A stretch of DNA of 64,000 nucleotides from a virus, in the IMG/VR virus record IMGVR_UViG_3300030107_006096, positions 20,977 to 84,976 of that record. One strand, given 5' to 3'. Shown here piece by piece: positions 21,675 through 31,325 of the stretch (position 1 is the first letter of the stretch; each line of letters opens with the position of its first letter). Below the pieces are notes generated by a model. The model was not told the origin of the DNA. It did no database searches and saw only the letters and a list, made by a program, of their open reading frames with translations. The position numbers were made by a program, and so were the translations under genes.

Positions 21675-23383
21675 TAATATTCCAAACATTAAGTTGGAGA
21701 AACTTTCTCTCAACAGGAAACTATAAGACAACTGTTGATCTAACTCGTCATGATAATACACTTGTGTCTGGCGAGAATGGTGCAGGCAAATCTACAATGC
21801 TAGATGCATTGACGTTTTCTTTGTTTGGAAAATCATTTCGTGGCATCAAAATCCCACAGCTACCAAACTCTATTAATGAAAAAGACTGTGAAGTAGAAAT
21901 TAATTTTACAATCGGAAAAGATGAGTACCGAGTTGTTCGTGGACTTAAGCCTAAAAAGTTTGAGATATACAAGAATGATGATTTGCTTCCACAAGATGCA
22001 AAGTCCAAGGACTATCAAAAAATACTTGAAGAACAGATTCTCAAGATGAGTTACAAATCATTTTGTCAGGTTGTAATATTGGGATCATCAAACTATGTCC
22101 CTTTCATGCAACTTAGTGCCGCAGATCGTCGAGCGGTGGTTGAGAACCTTCTAGACATTGATATATTTTCTGCCATGAATACCCTTGTAAAGATGAGACT
22201 TCAGATAACGAAAGAGTATATCAAGGATGTTGATTATAAGATCGAGATTACAAAGAGTAAGGCTGAAGATAAACAAAAACTCATAAAGACACTTGAAAAG
22301 AAATCAAGTGATTCGGTTGAAAAGTATGAAGAGGAAATCAAAGAGAATCGAAAAATGATTTCCGAATACAATCATATAATCGAATCATATCAAACTAATA
22401 TTGAACATCTAATGAGTCAAATAAAGGATAAAGATATTATTCCTAAGTCTCTATTGAACATGGAGTCCGATGAAAAGGAATTGAAGAACAAGATTAAAAC
22501 TATTCAGAAGAACGTAAAGTTTTATGAAGAGAATGATACCTGTCCTTCATGTAAGCAAGATATACAACAACATCATCGTGATAGTGTCTTTGCAGAAAAG
22601 AAGAAAGAAAAAGAATCTATTGATTCACAATTAGAGGAACTGTCCGAGACAATCGATTCGGTTCAAAAAAGATTGAATGACATCAATGCAGTATTGACTA
22701 CTATAGAGGGAATTGAGAAGGCAATCTCAACTAAACAAAATGAGATTTCAGTTTCTTCACAATACATTGACAAGATGCAAAAGAATATTGAATCAGTTCT
22801 TACTGAAGGAAAAGAGGTTCAAGAAACCAAAGATGAATTGAACCAACTGATTGGTGAGGGAAAGAATCATGTCACAAGAAGAAAAGAGTTGGTCGAAGAT
22901 AAACATTATTATGGTATTGCTTCTACTCTTTTGAAAGACAGTGGAATCAAATCAAAAATTATCAAGCACTACTTGCCGATTATGAACAAACTGATTAACA
23001 AGTATCTTGCGGACATGGATTTCTTTTGTCAGTTCAACCTTGACGAAAACTTCAGCGAGACAATTAAGAGCCGACATCGTGACGAGTTTACCTACCATAG
23101 TTTCAGTGAAGGTGAACGATTGCGTATTGACTTGTCGTTGCTTCTTGCATGGCGAGAGATTGCACGGTTAAAGAATAGTGTGAATTGTAATCTTTTGATT
23201 CTTGATGAGGTGTTTGACTCTAGCCTTGACGGAGTTGGCACAGAAGAGTTCTTAAAGATATTAACATCGTTCGGTAATCGTGCTAACATATTTGTAATCA
23301 GTCACAAGTCTGATTCAATGACAGACAAGTTTCAGAATCATATTGTGTTTGAAAAGAAGAACAACTTCAGTAGGATAAAATGA
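21671..23383 (+). CDS. gp46: Recombination ATPase gp46 (Rad50/SbcC-like)
   Basis: GENGAGKST, zinc hook CPSC, FSEGE signature, LILDEVFDSSLD. Confidence 0.97.
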   Translation: MIIFQTLSWRNFLSTGNYKTTVDLTRHDNTLVSGENGAGKSTMLDALTFSLFGKSFRGIKIPQLPNSINEKDCEVEINFTIGKDEYRVVRGLKPKKFEIYKNDDLLPQDAKSKDYQKILEEQILKMSYKSFCQVVILGSSNYVPFMQLSAADRRAVVENLLDIDIFSAMNTLVKMRLQITKEYIKDVDYKIEITKSKAEDKQKLIKTLEKKSSDSVEKYEEEIKENRKMISEYNHIIESYQTNIEHLMSQIKDKDIIPKSLLNMESDEKELKNKIKTIQKNVKFYEENDTCPSCKQDIQQHHRDSVFAEKKKEKESIDSQLEELSETIDSVQKRLNDINAVLTTIEGIEKAISTKQNEISVSSQYIDKMQKNIESVLTEGKEVQETKDELNQLIGEGKNHVTRRKELVEDKHYYGIASTLLKDSGIKSKIIKHYLPIMNKLINKYLADMDFFCQFNLDENFSETIKSRHRDEFTYHSFSEGERLRIDLSLLLAWREIARLKNSVNCNLLILDEVFDSSLDGVGTEEFLKILTSFGNRANIFVISHKSDSMTDKFQNHIVFEKKNNFSRIK

Positions 23384-23853
23384 TGCTTGTGAAACATGGC
23401 ACCGAATCTCAAATAAAAGAAATATACGATACCTTTCGGTTGTATAAAGATATATTTCCACATCTACGATTTGATTATCTTACTCGCAAGGTTAAATCAG
23501 ATAGATGCATTTATGAAGATGATGTTGCCATCACTTACACAATCTATCAAAGAAAAAATAAAGTAGGAACGTCTTATGAGAATTTAGAGTTGAAAGCCTC
23601 CAAGGGTGATGTTATGATACATCAACTTGCAAATGCAAATCCAAGTAACGGCAAGAGCAAGGAGATCGTGCAAAGATTTCTCGAAGAGAATTGTCATGGT
23701 AAAAGAGTATGGTTGACTGTTCGTCAAAACAATGATCGTGCCGTACGCTTTTATGAAAAGATGAATTTCAAAAATGTCGGAACTGTACATTGGATGAAAG
23801 GAAAACTACCCGGATATGTCTTCTGTTATGTCACAAATAAAACCATACTATGA
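23380..23853 (+). CDS. GNAT-family acetyltransferase
   Basis: IHQLAN..SNGKSK, WLTVRQNNDRAVRFYEKMNF (GNAT motifs A and B). Confidence 0.8.
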   Translation: MMLVKHGTESQIKEIYDTFRLYKDIFPHLRFDYLTRKVKSDRCIYEDDVAITYTIYQRKNKVGTSYENLELKASKGDVMIHQLANANPSNGKSKEIVQRFLEENCHGKRVWLTVRQNNDRAVRFYEKMNFKNVGTVHWMKGKLPGYVFCYVTNKTIL

Positions 23854-25420
23854 ACGCAACAACCATGTGATTGATTCGCATGTGAATTGCAACTTTGAAG
23901 ATTTACTTGAGATGACTCCAGACGAGTTTCGTGAATGGGTCATCGAAATGCGTAAGGCAGTAAAACAAGCATGGGACACTTACGGCTGTCCTCCACGAAC
24001 CGGCAAAGATGAACAAGACATCATTGATTCTTTCAATAAGATTGCCGAGTATCCAGTTCATAAATTCACACACACCGATGAACTGTCTGACATGGACGAT
24101 GATGTAATCATCAACAAGTCTCGTCTTGGAGTGGAAGTTGATCAATGGTTCTCGAATATGTTCAAGACAAGAATCAACTACACCGAAAAAGATAATGGAT
24201 ATTCTATCTATGATCTGGTAGCCGATGATAAGAGATTGGATCAGGTTGTGAAGGGAGCGATGCGTCATCTTCGTCGTGATTCATTTTACACTCATGCACT
24301 TTCCGCGATCAAGCATGATAAGAAATATGCTGTCGTAGATGTGGGAAGTGGCGATGAATGGATGGAAGCATTCTTCAACAATCCAAATATATTTCGAGGA
24401 TATGATTTCCTACTTGAACAGGTGAAGATTCGTGACGGGGCGAACACTGGATATTTTCAGTTAGAACAGGACGACATTCTTCAGCTAACGAAGGATCAGG
24501 TGGAGAAGTGGAAGAATAAAATGGAATACCGCCATTACTCTACTTTTGATATTTCTGCAATGCCTGATGATAAAGTGTATGCAATCCGTATATATAGAAA
24601 AGGGAGAAAGGTATTTCCTGCTGCTTTTAAGTCTTTTAGGATAGGATATATTCAACCTGCGGTAAACTTTCCGCCAATGACTGCGAAATATTTGTATGAA
24701 AGATTCACAGAAAATATTAAAGATCAAGAACGCATTGTTATATACGACCCGTCAAGTGGGTGGGGCGGCCGCATACTCGGTGCTATGGGTTGTCGGGATG
24801 ATCGTCGGATTCACTATGTTGGCACTGACCCAAATCCTGATAATTTTCTTGATGGCGATTCTTACAGTAAGTATGAGTCTCTCGCTGATTTTTACAACAC
24901 CAAAACTTATCGCGGAAATCCATTCTTTTCCGAAACGAACTCTTACCATATTTTCAAAGAGGGTTCGGAGGAGATTGGCAAACACTCTGATTTCCAACAA
25001 TATAAAGGGAAAACAGATCTTATTTTTACATCGCCACCCTATTTCAACAGGGAAGCATACTCAGAAGACGAAAATCAATCGTACAAAAAATACGGATCGT
25101 CATATGAATCATGGAAAGAAGGTTTTCTTCGACCAACATTAACAACTTGTGTTGAGTGGTTAAAGGAAGATAGATATTTATTATGGAACGTAGCCGATGT
25201 TTTAGTGAGTGGTAAATATTTACCGATAGAGCAAGATAGTATTGACATATTAGAATCTTTAGGTATGATTTATAAGTATACTTTGAAGATGGGACTGGAA
25301 GGAATGCCAGGTCAAAATAGAGTGGGAGAAGATGGAAAGCCCAAATGTAAAAATTTCTGTCAGGTGAATGGAAAATATTTAAAGTACGAACCAGTATTTG
25401 TTTTTTATAAAGGAACTTGA
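23816..25420 (+). CDS. Phage DNA amino-methyltransferase-like protein (N6-A or N4-C)
   Basis: SAM-binding YDPSSGWGGR and catalytic-type FTSPPYF motifs; C-terminal YEPVFVF; long N-terminal extension. Confidence 0.75.
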   Translation: MSSVMSQIKPYYERNNHVIDSHVNCNFEDLLEMTPDEFREWVIEMRKAVKQAWDTYGCPPRTGKDEQDIIDSFNKIAEYPVHKFTHTDELSDMDDDVIINKSRLGVEVDQWFSNMFKTRINYTEKDNGYSIYDLVADDKRLDQVVKGAMRHLRRDSFYTHALSAIKHDKKYAVVDVGSGDEWMEAFFNNPNIFRGYDFLLEQVKIRDGANTGYFQLEQDDILQLTKDQVEKWKNKMEYRHYSTFDISAMPDDKVYAIRIYRKGRKVFPAAFKSFRIGYIQPAVNFPPMTAKYLYERFTENIKDQERIVIYDPSSGWGGRILGAMGCRDDRRIHYVGTDPNPDNFLDGDSYSKYESLADFYNTKTYRGNPFFSETNSYHIFKEGSEEIGKHSDFQQYKGKTDLIFTSPPYFNREAYSEDENQSYKKYGSSYESWKEGFLRPTLTTCVEWLKEDRYLLWNVADVLVSGKYLPIEQDSIDILESLGMIYKYTLKMGLEGMPGQNRVGEDGKPKCKNFCQVNGKYLKYEPVFVFYKGT

Positions 25421-26856
25421 AAATGGCAAAAAAGAAAAAGGGAAACCTTCTCTACATCATGAACCCTAATTGTGGATGGTGCAAGAAAGCTGATCCTGTA
25501 GTTGAGGAATTGGTCAAAGATGGATATAAAATTAAGACATTAAATGTCCAGAACCAAGATGATGCAATAAAGGCAAGAGAAGCTATTACAAAGCATGGTA
25601 TTCAATGCGGAACTCCATTGTTCCTAGATTCAAAGACAGGTAACATGGTATGTGGTTTTAGGGAAAAAGATATTCTTGAAAAATGGGCAAATGGAGAAGA
25701 GATGCCTGCTCCGCCTCCAAGAGAACAACCTCAACAGCCTCAACATGTTGAAAAAGAGACTAGAGTTAGATTGGAATATATTTGGCTGGACGGTAAAGAG
25801 ACAACTGGTATCAGGTCAAAAATTAAATTTGAAAACATTAAACTGCCTCCTGTGAATCCCCATGCTCCACCTCCTATTGATGAACTCATGGGAAAAATTC
25901 CTGATTGGTCATTTGATGGTTCAAGCACATCTCAGGCAGAAGTAGAGAATAGTGATTTAATTTTGAAGCCTGTTAAGATTGTAAGAAATAGTTTAGAACG
26001 ACAACAGCCTGGGGGTCAAATATCATTAATAGTTTTATGTGAAGTTTTCAATGTAGATGGGACGCCCCATGAGTCAAATGCTCGATATAACTTGAGATCT
26101 TTTGTTGATGAAAATGAAATGGACGATTTGGTAGTTTCCTCAGAGCAAGAGTATGTATTTTGGAACCATGACTTAGATTTGCCATCTGGTTGGGAGTCTT
26201 CGGATAAAGATGGTTCAATGGGCGAACCTTCAAATGAGGGAGATTACTATTGTGGTTTTGCATTAGACAACTCTACCGTTGGTGGTACTCATAGAATGAT
26301 TGCAGATTTCCACGCAAATGTTTGTGGTATGTGTGATATTAGTTTAAGTGGATATAATGCAGAGGTTATGAAATCCCAGTGGGAGTATCAAACAGCACCA
26401 TCTGATGTTTTAACTTCGGCAGATAATCTTTGGATTAGTAGATATCTTTTAATGAGAATTTCTGAACAAAGAGGACTAGGTATTTCTTTTGATCCTAAAC
26501 CTGTTGACGGAAATTATAATGGTTCTGGTTGTCATATTAATTTTTCCACCAAGACAATGAGAGAAGGATCAAACGAAATCGTAGAAGAAATCTGTGAGTC
26601 ACTTGCTTTAAATCACGAAAAAGCAATTTCATCTTATGGTGTGGGAAATGATAAAAGACTAACAGGAAAAAATGAAACTTCTAAAATTGATAAGTTTACA
26701 TATGGTAAAGGTGATAGATCTTGTTCTTTAAGGATTCCAGTTGGAGATTATCTTGAAGATAGAAGACCTGCTGCAAACGTAGATCCCTATGTTGCTTTTC
26801 TTAATCTGTCAGAAGTTTTGACAGATGTTAATAATAAAGTTTTAGAAAGAGTGTAG
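25417..26856 (+). CDS. Thioredoxin-like (CGWC) domain fused to type II glutamine synthetase
   Basis: N-terminal NPNCGWCKK and GTP cis-Pro motif; Pro/Gln linker; GSII motifs LEYIWLDG, WSFDGSST, EQEY, NAEVMKSQWEYQ, NGSGCHINFST, RLTGKNET, YLEDRRPAANVDPY. Confidence 0.88.
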   Translation: MKMAKKKKGNLLYIMNPNCGWCKKADPVVEELVKDGYKIKTLNVQNQDDAIKAREAITKHGIQCGTPLFLDSKTGNMVCGFREKDILEKWANGEEMPAPPPREQPQQPQHVEKETRVRLEYIWLDGKETTGIRSKIKFENIKLPPVNPHAPPPIDELMGKIPDWSFDGSSTSQAEVENSDLILKPVKIVRNSLERQQPGGQISLIVLCEVFNVDGTPHESNARYNLRSFVDENEMDDLVVSSEQEYVFWNHDLDLPSGWESSDKDGSMGEPSNEGDYYCGFALDNSTVGGTHRMIADFHANVCGMCDISLSGYNAEVMKSQWEYQTAPSDVLTSADNLWISRYLLMRISEQRGLGISFDPKPVDGNYNGSGCHINFSTKTMREGSNEIVEEICESLALNHEKAISSYGVGNDKRLTGKNETSKIDKFTYGKGDRSCSLRIPVGDYLEDRRPAANVDPYVAFLNLSEVLTDVNNKVLERV

Positions 26857-26861
26857 ACTAA

Positions 26862-27221
26862 ATGCCAAGGAAAAAAAGAATTGATAATATCACTGGTTTG
26901 AGTGATAATACTAACCTATCATATGAAGGATATCTAAAGGCTGCTTTGGCTTTAATGTCAGATCAGTTTTCAATCAGAGTTTATAAGTTGGCTCCCAAAA
27001 ATGAATATCCAATATTCGAGAGAGGGAAGGATATCAGAGTTCAATTCTACTGCAACAAAAAAAGAATATATGAATTTATCATAGAAAAGATGTTCTATTA
27101 CCAAAGCAATAGAAACAAGGAGGACAGGGCATGGATGAGAACTCATGCTTCTGTTCACCTAAATATGGTAAAGAATGCCATTATTAGGAAAGAGAAAAAT
27201 GTCTCTAAGATACCCGGATGA
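26862..27221 (+). CDS. Hypothetical protein
   Basis: 119-aa ORF packed tightly in the operon; no recognisable motif. Confidence 0.55.
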   Translation: MPRKKRIDNITGLSDNTNLSYEGYLKAALALMSDQFSIRVYKLAPKNEYPIFERGKDIRVQFYCNKKRIYEFIIEKMFYYQSNRNKEDRAWMRTHASVHLNMVKNAIIRKEKNVSKIPG

Positions 27222-27699
27222 AATTTCTTTTTTAAAAGAACAAATATCAGAATTGTTAAGATACAATGATGTTATTTTAGATGACATTGTTTACATGTAC
27301 TATGTCTATAGAGAACCTGAAAATGTTTTTGTTGCAAGAAGAAACTCAAGAAAGCCATCTACTGCTAGACAGACTCCAAAGACTGCTTTTAGTTCATTAG
27401 ACATCATCGGTAATCAACTAGTAATTAAAATTTTTGAAGCATTACACGGCCACAACAAATTTTCCAATAATGAAAATATTGGAGGAAAATTTAACATAGT
27501 CGGAAAGTTTAAAATGGTTGATGAAAGTGGAGATTATGTTCGCTATAACATGGGAGATGTGGTATACTTCAATGGTAAAACTTATATCGCTACCAGAAAT
27601 ACAACAGGCTGTACGCCAGGACATAAACATCCATATTGTGATTCGTGGAAAGTGATTGGTTTAGATGATAGTGTGGGTTACAAGGAAAGTGGTTTTTAG
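27175..27699 (+). CDS. Hypothetical protein with C-terminal CBM5/12-like carbohydrate-binding module (likely start 27199)
   Basis: YNMGDVVYFNGKTYIA...TPG...SWK resembles the ChtBD3/CBM5-12 pattern. Confidence 0.55.
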   Translation: MPLLGKRKMSLRYPDEISFLKEQISELLRYNDVILDDIVYMYYVYREPENVFVARRNSRKPSTARQTPKTAFSSLDIIGNQLVIKIFEALHGHNKFSNNENIGGKFNIVGKFKMVDESGDYVRYNMGDVVYFNGKTYIATRNTTGCTPGHKHPYCDSWKVIGLDDSVGYKESGF

Positions 27700-27710
27700 G
27701 AGTTTTCGTT

Positions 27711-28541
27711 ATTATTCTTTTAGATAACAATCAAATACTTTTTGCTAATGTTTTTCAGTCTATAAAATATTCTTCTACTGTTGATGAAGATTTTTTGAGA
27801 CACATGACTCTAAACACATATCGCTTCTACAGAAATAAATTTCAGTCTGAATATGGTGAACTTGTAATTTGTAACGACTCTAAGAATTATTGGAGGAAAG
27901 ACATTTTTCCATATTACAAGCACAGTAGAAAACAAAAAATTAAGTCTTCTGAATTGGATTGGGATTCCATCTTCAATAGCATGACAAAGATAAGAGAAGA
28001 AGTTAAAAATACTTTCCCCTATAAAAATATAACTGTTGAAAGAACAGAAGCCGACGACATCATATCAGTGATTTGTAAAAACTATAACGATGAGAAGATG
28101 TTGATAGTTTCAAGCGATAAAGACTTTCAACAACTTCAAAGATATCCCAACGTAGAACAATATAGCCCAATAAGAAAAGATTTTCTTGTGTGTGATGATC
28201 CGGAGACATTTTTATTGGATCATATAATTAAAGGTGACTCTTCAGATGGAATACCTAATATTCTATCTGATGATGATGTTTTCACAATAGAAGACAAAAG
28301 ACAAAAAGCATGTGGTAAAAAAAGAATGACCACAATCAAAGAAGACATTTCCCAGTGGTCGAATACAGATCATTGGAAAAGAAATCAAAGTCTAATTGAT
28401 TTAAATCTTATTCCAGAACAGTATCAGTCTGCTATAATTAAGGAATATGAAAAAGAACCTATTGGTAAAAGAAGTAATATATTGAATTACTTTATAACAA
28501 ACAAATTAAAAAATTTAATGTCTAACATAGAGGAGTTTTAG
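27711..28541 (+). CDS. rnh: T4-type RNase H / 5'-3' exonuclease, probable non-canonical ATT start
   Basis: NYWRKDIFPYYK, EADDII, SSDKDFQQL, KGDSSDGIPN. The conserved N-terminus (I)ILLDNNQ lies upstream of the ORF-track start, 8 nt after AGGAG. Confidence 0.9.
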   Translation: MILLDNNQILFANVFQSIKYSSTVDEDFLRHMTLNTYRFYRNKFQSEYGELVICNDSKNYWRKDIFPYYKHSRKQKIKSSELDWDSIFNSMTKIREEVKNTFPYKNITVERTEADDIISVICKNYNDEKMLIVSSDKDFQQLQRYPNVEQYSPIRKDFLVCDDPETFLLDHIIKGDSSDGIPNILSDDDVFTIEDKRQKACGKKRMTTIKEDISQWSNTDHWKRNQSLIDLNLIPEQYQSAIIKEYEKEPIGKRSNILNYFITNKLKNLMSNIEEF

Positions 28542-28546
28542 TTTCG

Positions 28547-28726
28547 ATGCCAAAGAAAAAACAGAATAATAACTATAATCAATATGAAGATTATGAAGAT
28601 GTTCGAGGAAAAGGGACAAGGAAAGAGAAGAGAAGGACTCGTCGGCACAATGAAAAAAAGTGGTTAGACGAAGTTGCTAGAGGCAATCTTGATTCTGAAA
28701 CATATGTTGATCACTTTGAAGAATGA
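28547..28726 (+). CDS. Small basic hypothetical protein (59 aa, MPKKKQNNNY...DHFEE), absent from the ORF track
   Basis: GAGGAG RBS, ATG 28547, TGA 28724-28726; fills the rnh-gp45 gap. Confidence 0.6.
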   Translation: MPKKKQNNNYNQYEDYEDVRGKGTRKEKRRTRRHNEKKWLDEVARGNLDSETYVDHFEE

Positions 28727-28741
28727 AACGGAGACTATATT

Positions 28742-29437
28742 ATGATTACTGCGACTAGCGTGAAATTGTCAAAAGAGACACTTTCAATTCTTAAAAACTT
28801 TTCTGCACACAACAGTAACTTGTTGGTTAAGCCGGGAAATGAAATTAATACAATCACACCTGCAAAGAACGTAGTTGCGAAGGCGACTGTGCAGGAAGAT
28901 TTTCCTGTTGAATTTGGAATCTGGGACTTGAATAAGTTTCTAGGAACAATTTCTCTTTTCAACGATCCTGAATTTACTTTTGATGAGAAGTGTGTTCGTA
29001 TTGAAGGCGAAGATGGTGCAAAGGTGGATTACTATTATTCCGAACCTAGACTTCTTTCTACGTTGACAAAAGATGTTAATATGCCTGAGTCAGTTGTTCA
29101 CTTTTCAATAACAGAGGATAACTTTATCTCATTACAAAGAGCAGCTTCAGTTCTACAACTTCCAGATCTTTGTATTCGATCTAACGACAATAATGAAATT
29201 TTATTGGTTGTTCTTGATAAAAAGAGTTCAACATCAAATCAATTTGCTATAACTGTTGGTGAAAATGAAACTGGTGCTAGTTTTGAATTTTACCTTAAGA
29301 TGGAGAATATTAGACTTCTTGCTGGCAATTATGACGTATCAGTTTCTAAGACTGTAGTTAGTAAGTTTTCTCATCAATCTACGGATTTAGTCTACTACAT
29401 AGCACTAGAGAATGATTCTACTTTCAGTGGAGATTGA
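28742..29437 (+). CDS. gp45: Sliding clamp gp45
   Basis: KLSKETLSILKNFS, FGIWDLNKFL, ASVLQLPDL, YYIALE. Confidence 0.95.
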   Translation: MITATSVKLSKETLSILKNFSAHNSNLLVKPGNEINTITPAKNVVAKATVQEDFPVEFGIWDLNKFLGTISLFNDPEFTFDEKCVRIEGEDGAKVDYYYSEPRLLSTLTKDVNMPESVVHFSITEDNFISLQRAASVLQLPDLCIRSNDNNEILLVVLDKKSSTSNQFAITVGENETGASFEFYLKMENIRLLAGNYDVSVSKTVVSKFSHQSTDLVYYIALENDSTFSGD

Positions 29438-30339
29438 TTATGAAAACTTTAGTGACGGGCGGTAATGGACTTGTAGGTTCAACAATCGATTCTGATTTTA
29501 AACCCACAAGAGAAGGCTTAGATCTCATGAACATAGATGAGATTTGTGAATATATTATTCACAATGACATAGATTCTATTGTCCACTGTGCTGCTAAGGT
29601 TGGTGGAATTAAGGCAAACACAGAACAACTAGGTCAATTTTATTACGATAACATATCAATCAACACAAACATTCTTGAAGCGGCAAGAAAAACAAAAGTG
29701 AAGAAGGTAGTTTCTTTTCTTTCTACTTGTGTTTTCCCAGAAGAAGCAACATACCCATTGACTTCAGATCAGATGCACAATGGAGAACCACATCCATCTA
29801 ATTACGCATATGCTTATGCAAAAAGAATGCTAGAAGTTCAGAGTAGAGCTTACAGGGATGAGTACGGTTGCAATTTTATTACGGTAATACCGTGTAATAT
29901 CTACGGTCCAAATGATAATTACAATTTGGATTCCGGACATGTTATCCCGTCTCTAATTCATAAATGTTATCTAGCGAAAAAGAATAATACAGATTTTGAA
30001 ATTTGGGGAACTGGAACTCCATACCGTGAATTTATATATTCAAAAGATGTGGGATATCTTACTCAGTGGGCATTAGAGAACTATGATGATCCAGAACCTT
30101 TAATTCTTTCTCCTGATGAGGAAATAAGCATTGCAACTATTGCTCAAGAGATTGCATGGAGAATGGGATTTGAAGGTAACATATTTTACAATCAGGAAAG
30201 AGATGGTATACATAGAAAACCATCTGATAACAGTAAAATAAAGTCACTGTTGCCTGAGTATAAGTTTGTTCCTATTGAAATGGGGCTAAAGGAAAGTATA
30301 GATTGGTTTATAAAAAATTACGATGAGGCTAGAAAATGA
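29434..30339 (+). CDS. fcl: GDP-L-fucose synthase (likely start 29440)
   Basis: GGNGLVG, HCAAKVGGI, LSTCVFP, YAYAKR, PCNIYGPND, WGTGTPYREF. Confidence 0.92.
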   Translation: MIMKTLVTGGNGLVGSTIDSDFKPTREGLDLMNIDEICEYIIHNDIDSIVHCAAKVGGIKANTEQLGQFYYDNISINTNILEAARKTKVKKVVSFLSTCVFPEEATYPLTSDQMHNGEPHPSNYAYAYAKRMLEVQSRAYRDEYGCNFITVIPCNIYGPNDNYNLDSGHVIPSLIHKCYLAKKNNTDFEIWGTGTPYREFIYSKDVGYLTQWALENYDDPEPLILSPDEEISIATIAQEIAWRMGFEGNIFYNQERDGIHRKPSDNSKIKSLLPEYKFVPIEMGLKESIDWFIKNYDEARK

Positions 30340-31325
30340 AAAGAGCATTAATTACAGGTATAAATGGTCAAGACGGATCATATCTAGCAGAGTTTCTGCT
30401 TGAAAAAGGATATGAAGTTCATGGTATTCTCAAGAGAAACTCTGTCGCAGAAAACCAGACTGCTCGTTTGGATAATTGTTATGAAGATTTACATTTATAC
30501 TATGGAGATCTAACTGATCTATCATCTTTAATTTCGATTCTACAAAAGGTACAACCCGATGAGGTTTATAACCTAGCAGCACAGTCTCATGTTCGCATTA
30601 GTTTTGATGTCCCTATCTATACTGCGTGTGCTACAGGATTGGGAGTTCTCAATGTATTTGAGGCATGTCGTCTAATATGCCCAAAGACTAAAATTTATCA
30701 AGCATCATCATCAGAGATGTTTGGAAACTGCATTGACGATGATGGATTTCAAAGAGAAACTACTGCTATGAGACCCGTAAGCCCTTACGGTTGTTCTAAA
30801 GTTTTCGCATACAACATAGCAAAGAATTATTGTCATTCGTATGATATGTTTATATCTAATGGAATTCTATTCAATCATGAATCACCAAGAAGAGGATCTA
30901 ATTTTGTAACTAGCAAAGTTGTAAAGGCAGCAGTTGCAATTAAAATGGGCAAACAAAAAGAATTAAGAATGGGCAACTTAAATGCAAGTCGTGATTGGGG
31001 TCATGCAAAGGATTATGTAAAGGCTATGTGGATGATTCTTCAGCATGACACACCGGATGACTTTGTTTGCTCCACCGGCATTTCACACAACGTAAAATAT
31101 CTTTGCGAATATACTTTCAATTCTCTTGATATGAACTATGAAGATTATATAATTACAGATGAAAAGTATCTTCGTCCAGAGGAATTGGAACATCTTAAGG
31201 GGGACTCTACTAAACTCAGAGAAACTTTAGGATGGGAACCAGATTATACTTTTGAACAAATGATAGAAGAAATGATAGACGTTGAGCTTTCCAAGCACGG
31301 ATTAAAACGAGAGGATATAGTATGA
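30336..31325 (+). CDS. gmd: GDP-mannose 4,6-dehydratase
   Basis: ALITGINGQDGSYLAE, NLAAQSHV, ASSSEMFG, GILFNHESPRRG, RDWGHAKDY. Confidence 0.97.
   Translation: MKRALITGINGQDGSYLAEFLLEKGYEVHGILKRNSVAENQTARLDNCYEDLHLYYGDLTDLSSLISILQKVQPDEVYNLAAQSHVRISFDVPIYTACATGLGVLNVFEACRLICPKTKIYQASSSEMFGNCIDDDGFQRETTAMRPVSPYGCSKVFAYNIAKNYCHSYDMFISNGILFNHESPRRGSNFVTSKVVKAAVAIKMGKQKELRMGNLNASRDWGHAKDYVKAMWMILQHDTPDDFVCSTGISHNVKYLCEYTFNSLDMNYEDYIITDEKYLRPEELEHLKGDSTKLRETLGWEPDYTFEQMIEEMIDVELSKHGLKREDIV

Noticed and set aside
24696-25142. 148-aa alternate-frame + strand ORF with a hydrophobic stretch inside the methyltransferase
   Set aside because: Fully nested in the conserved catalytic region of the MTase; most likely a shadow ORF.
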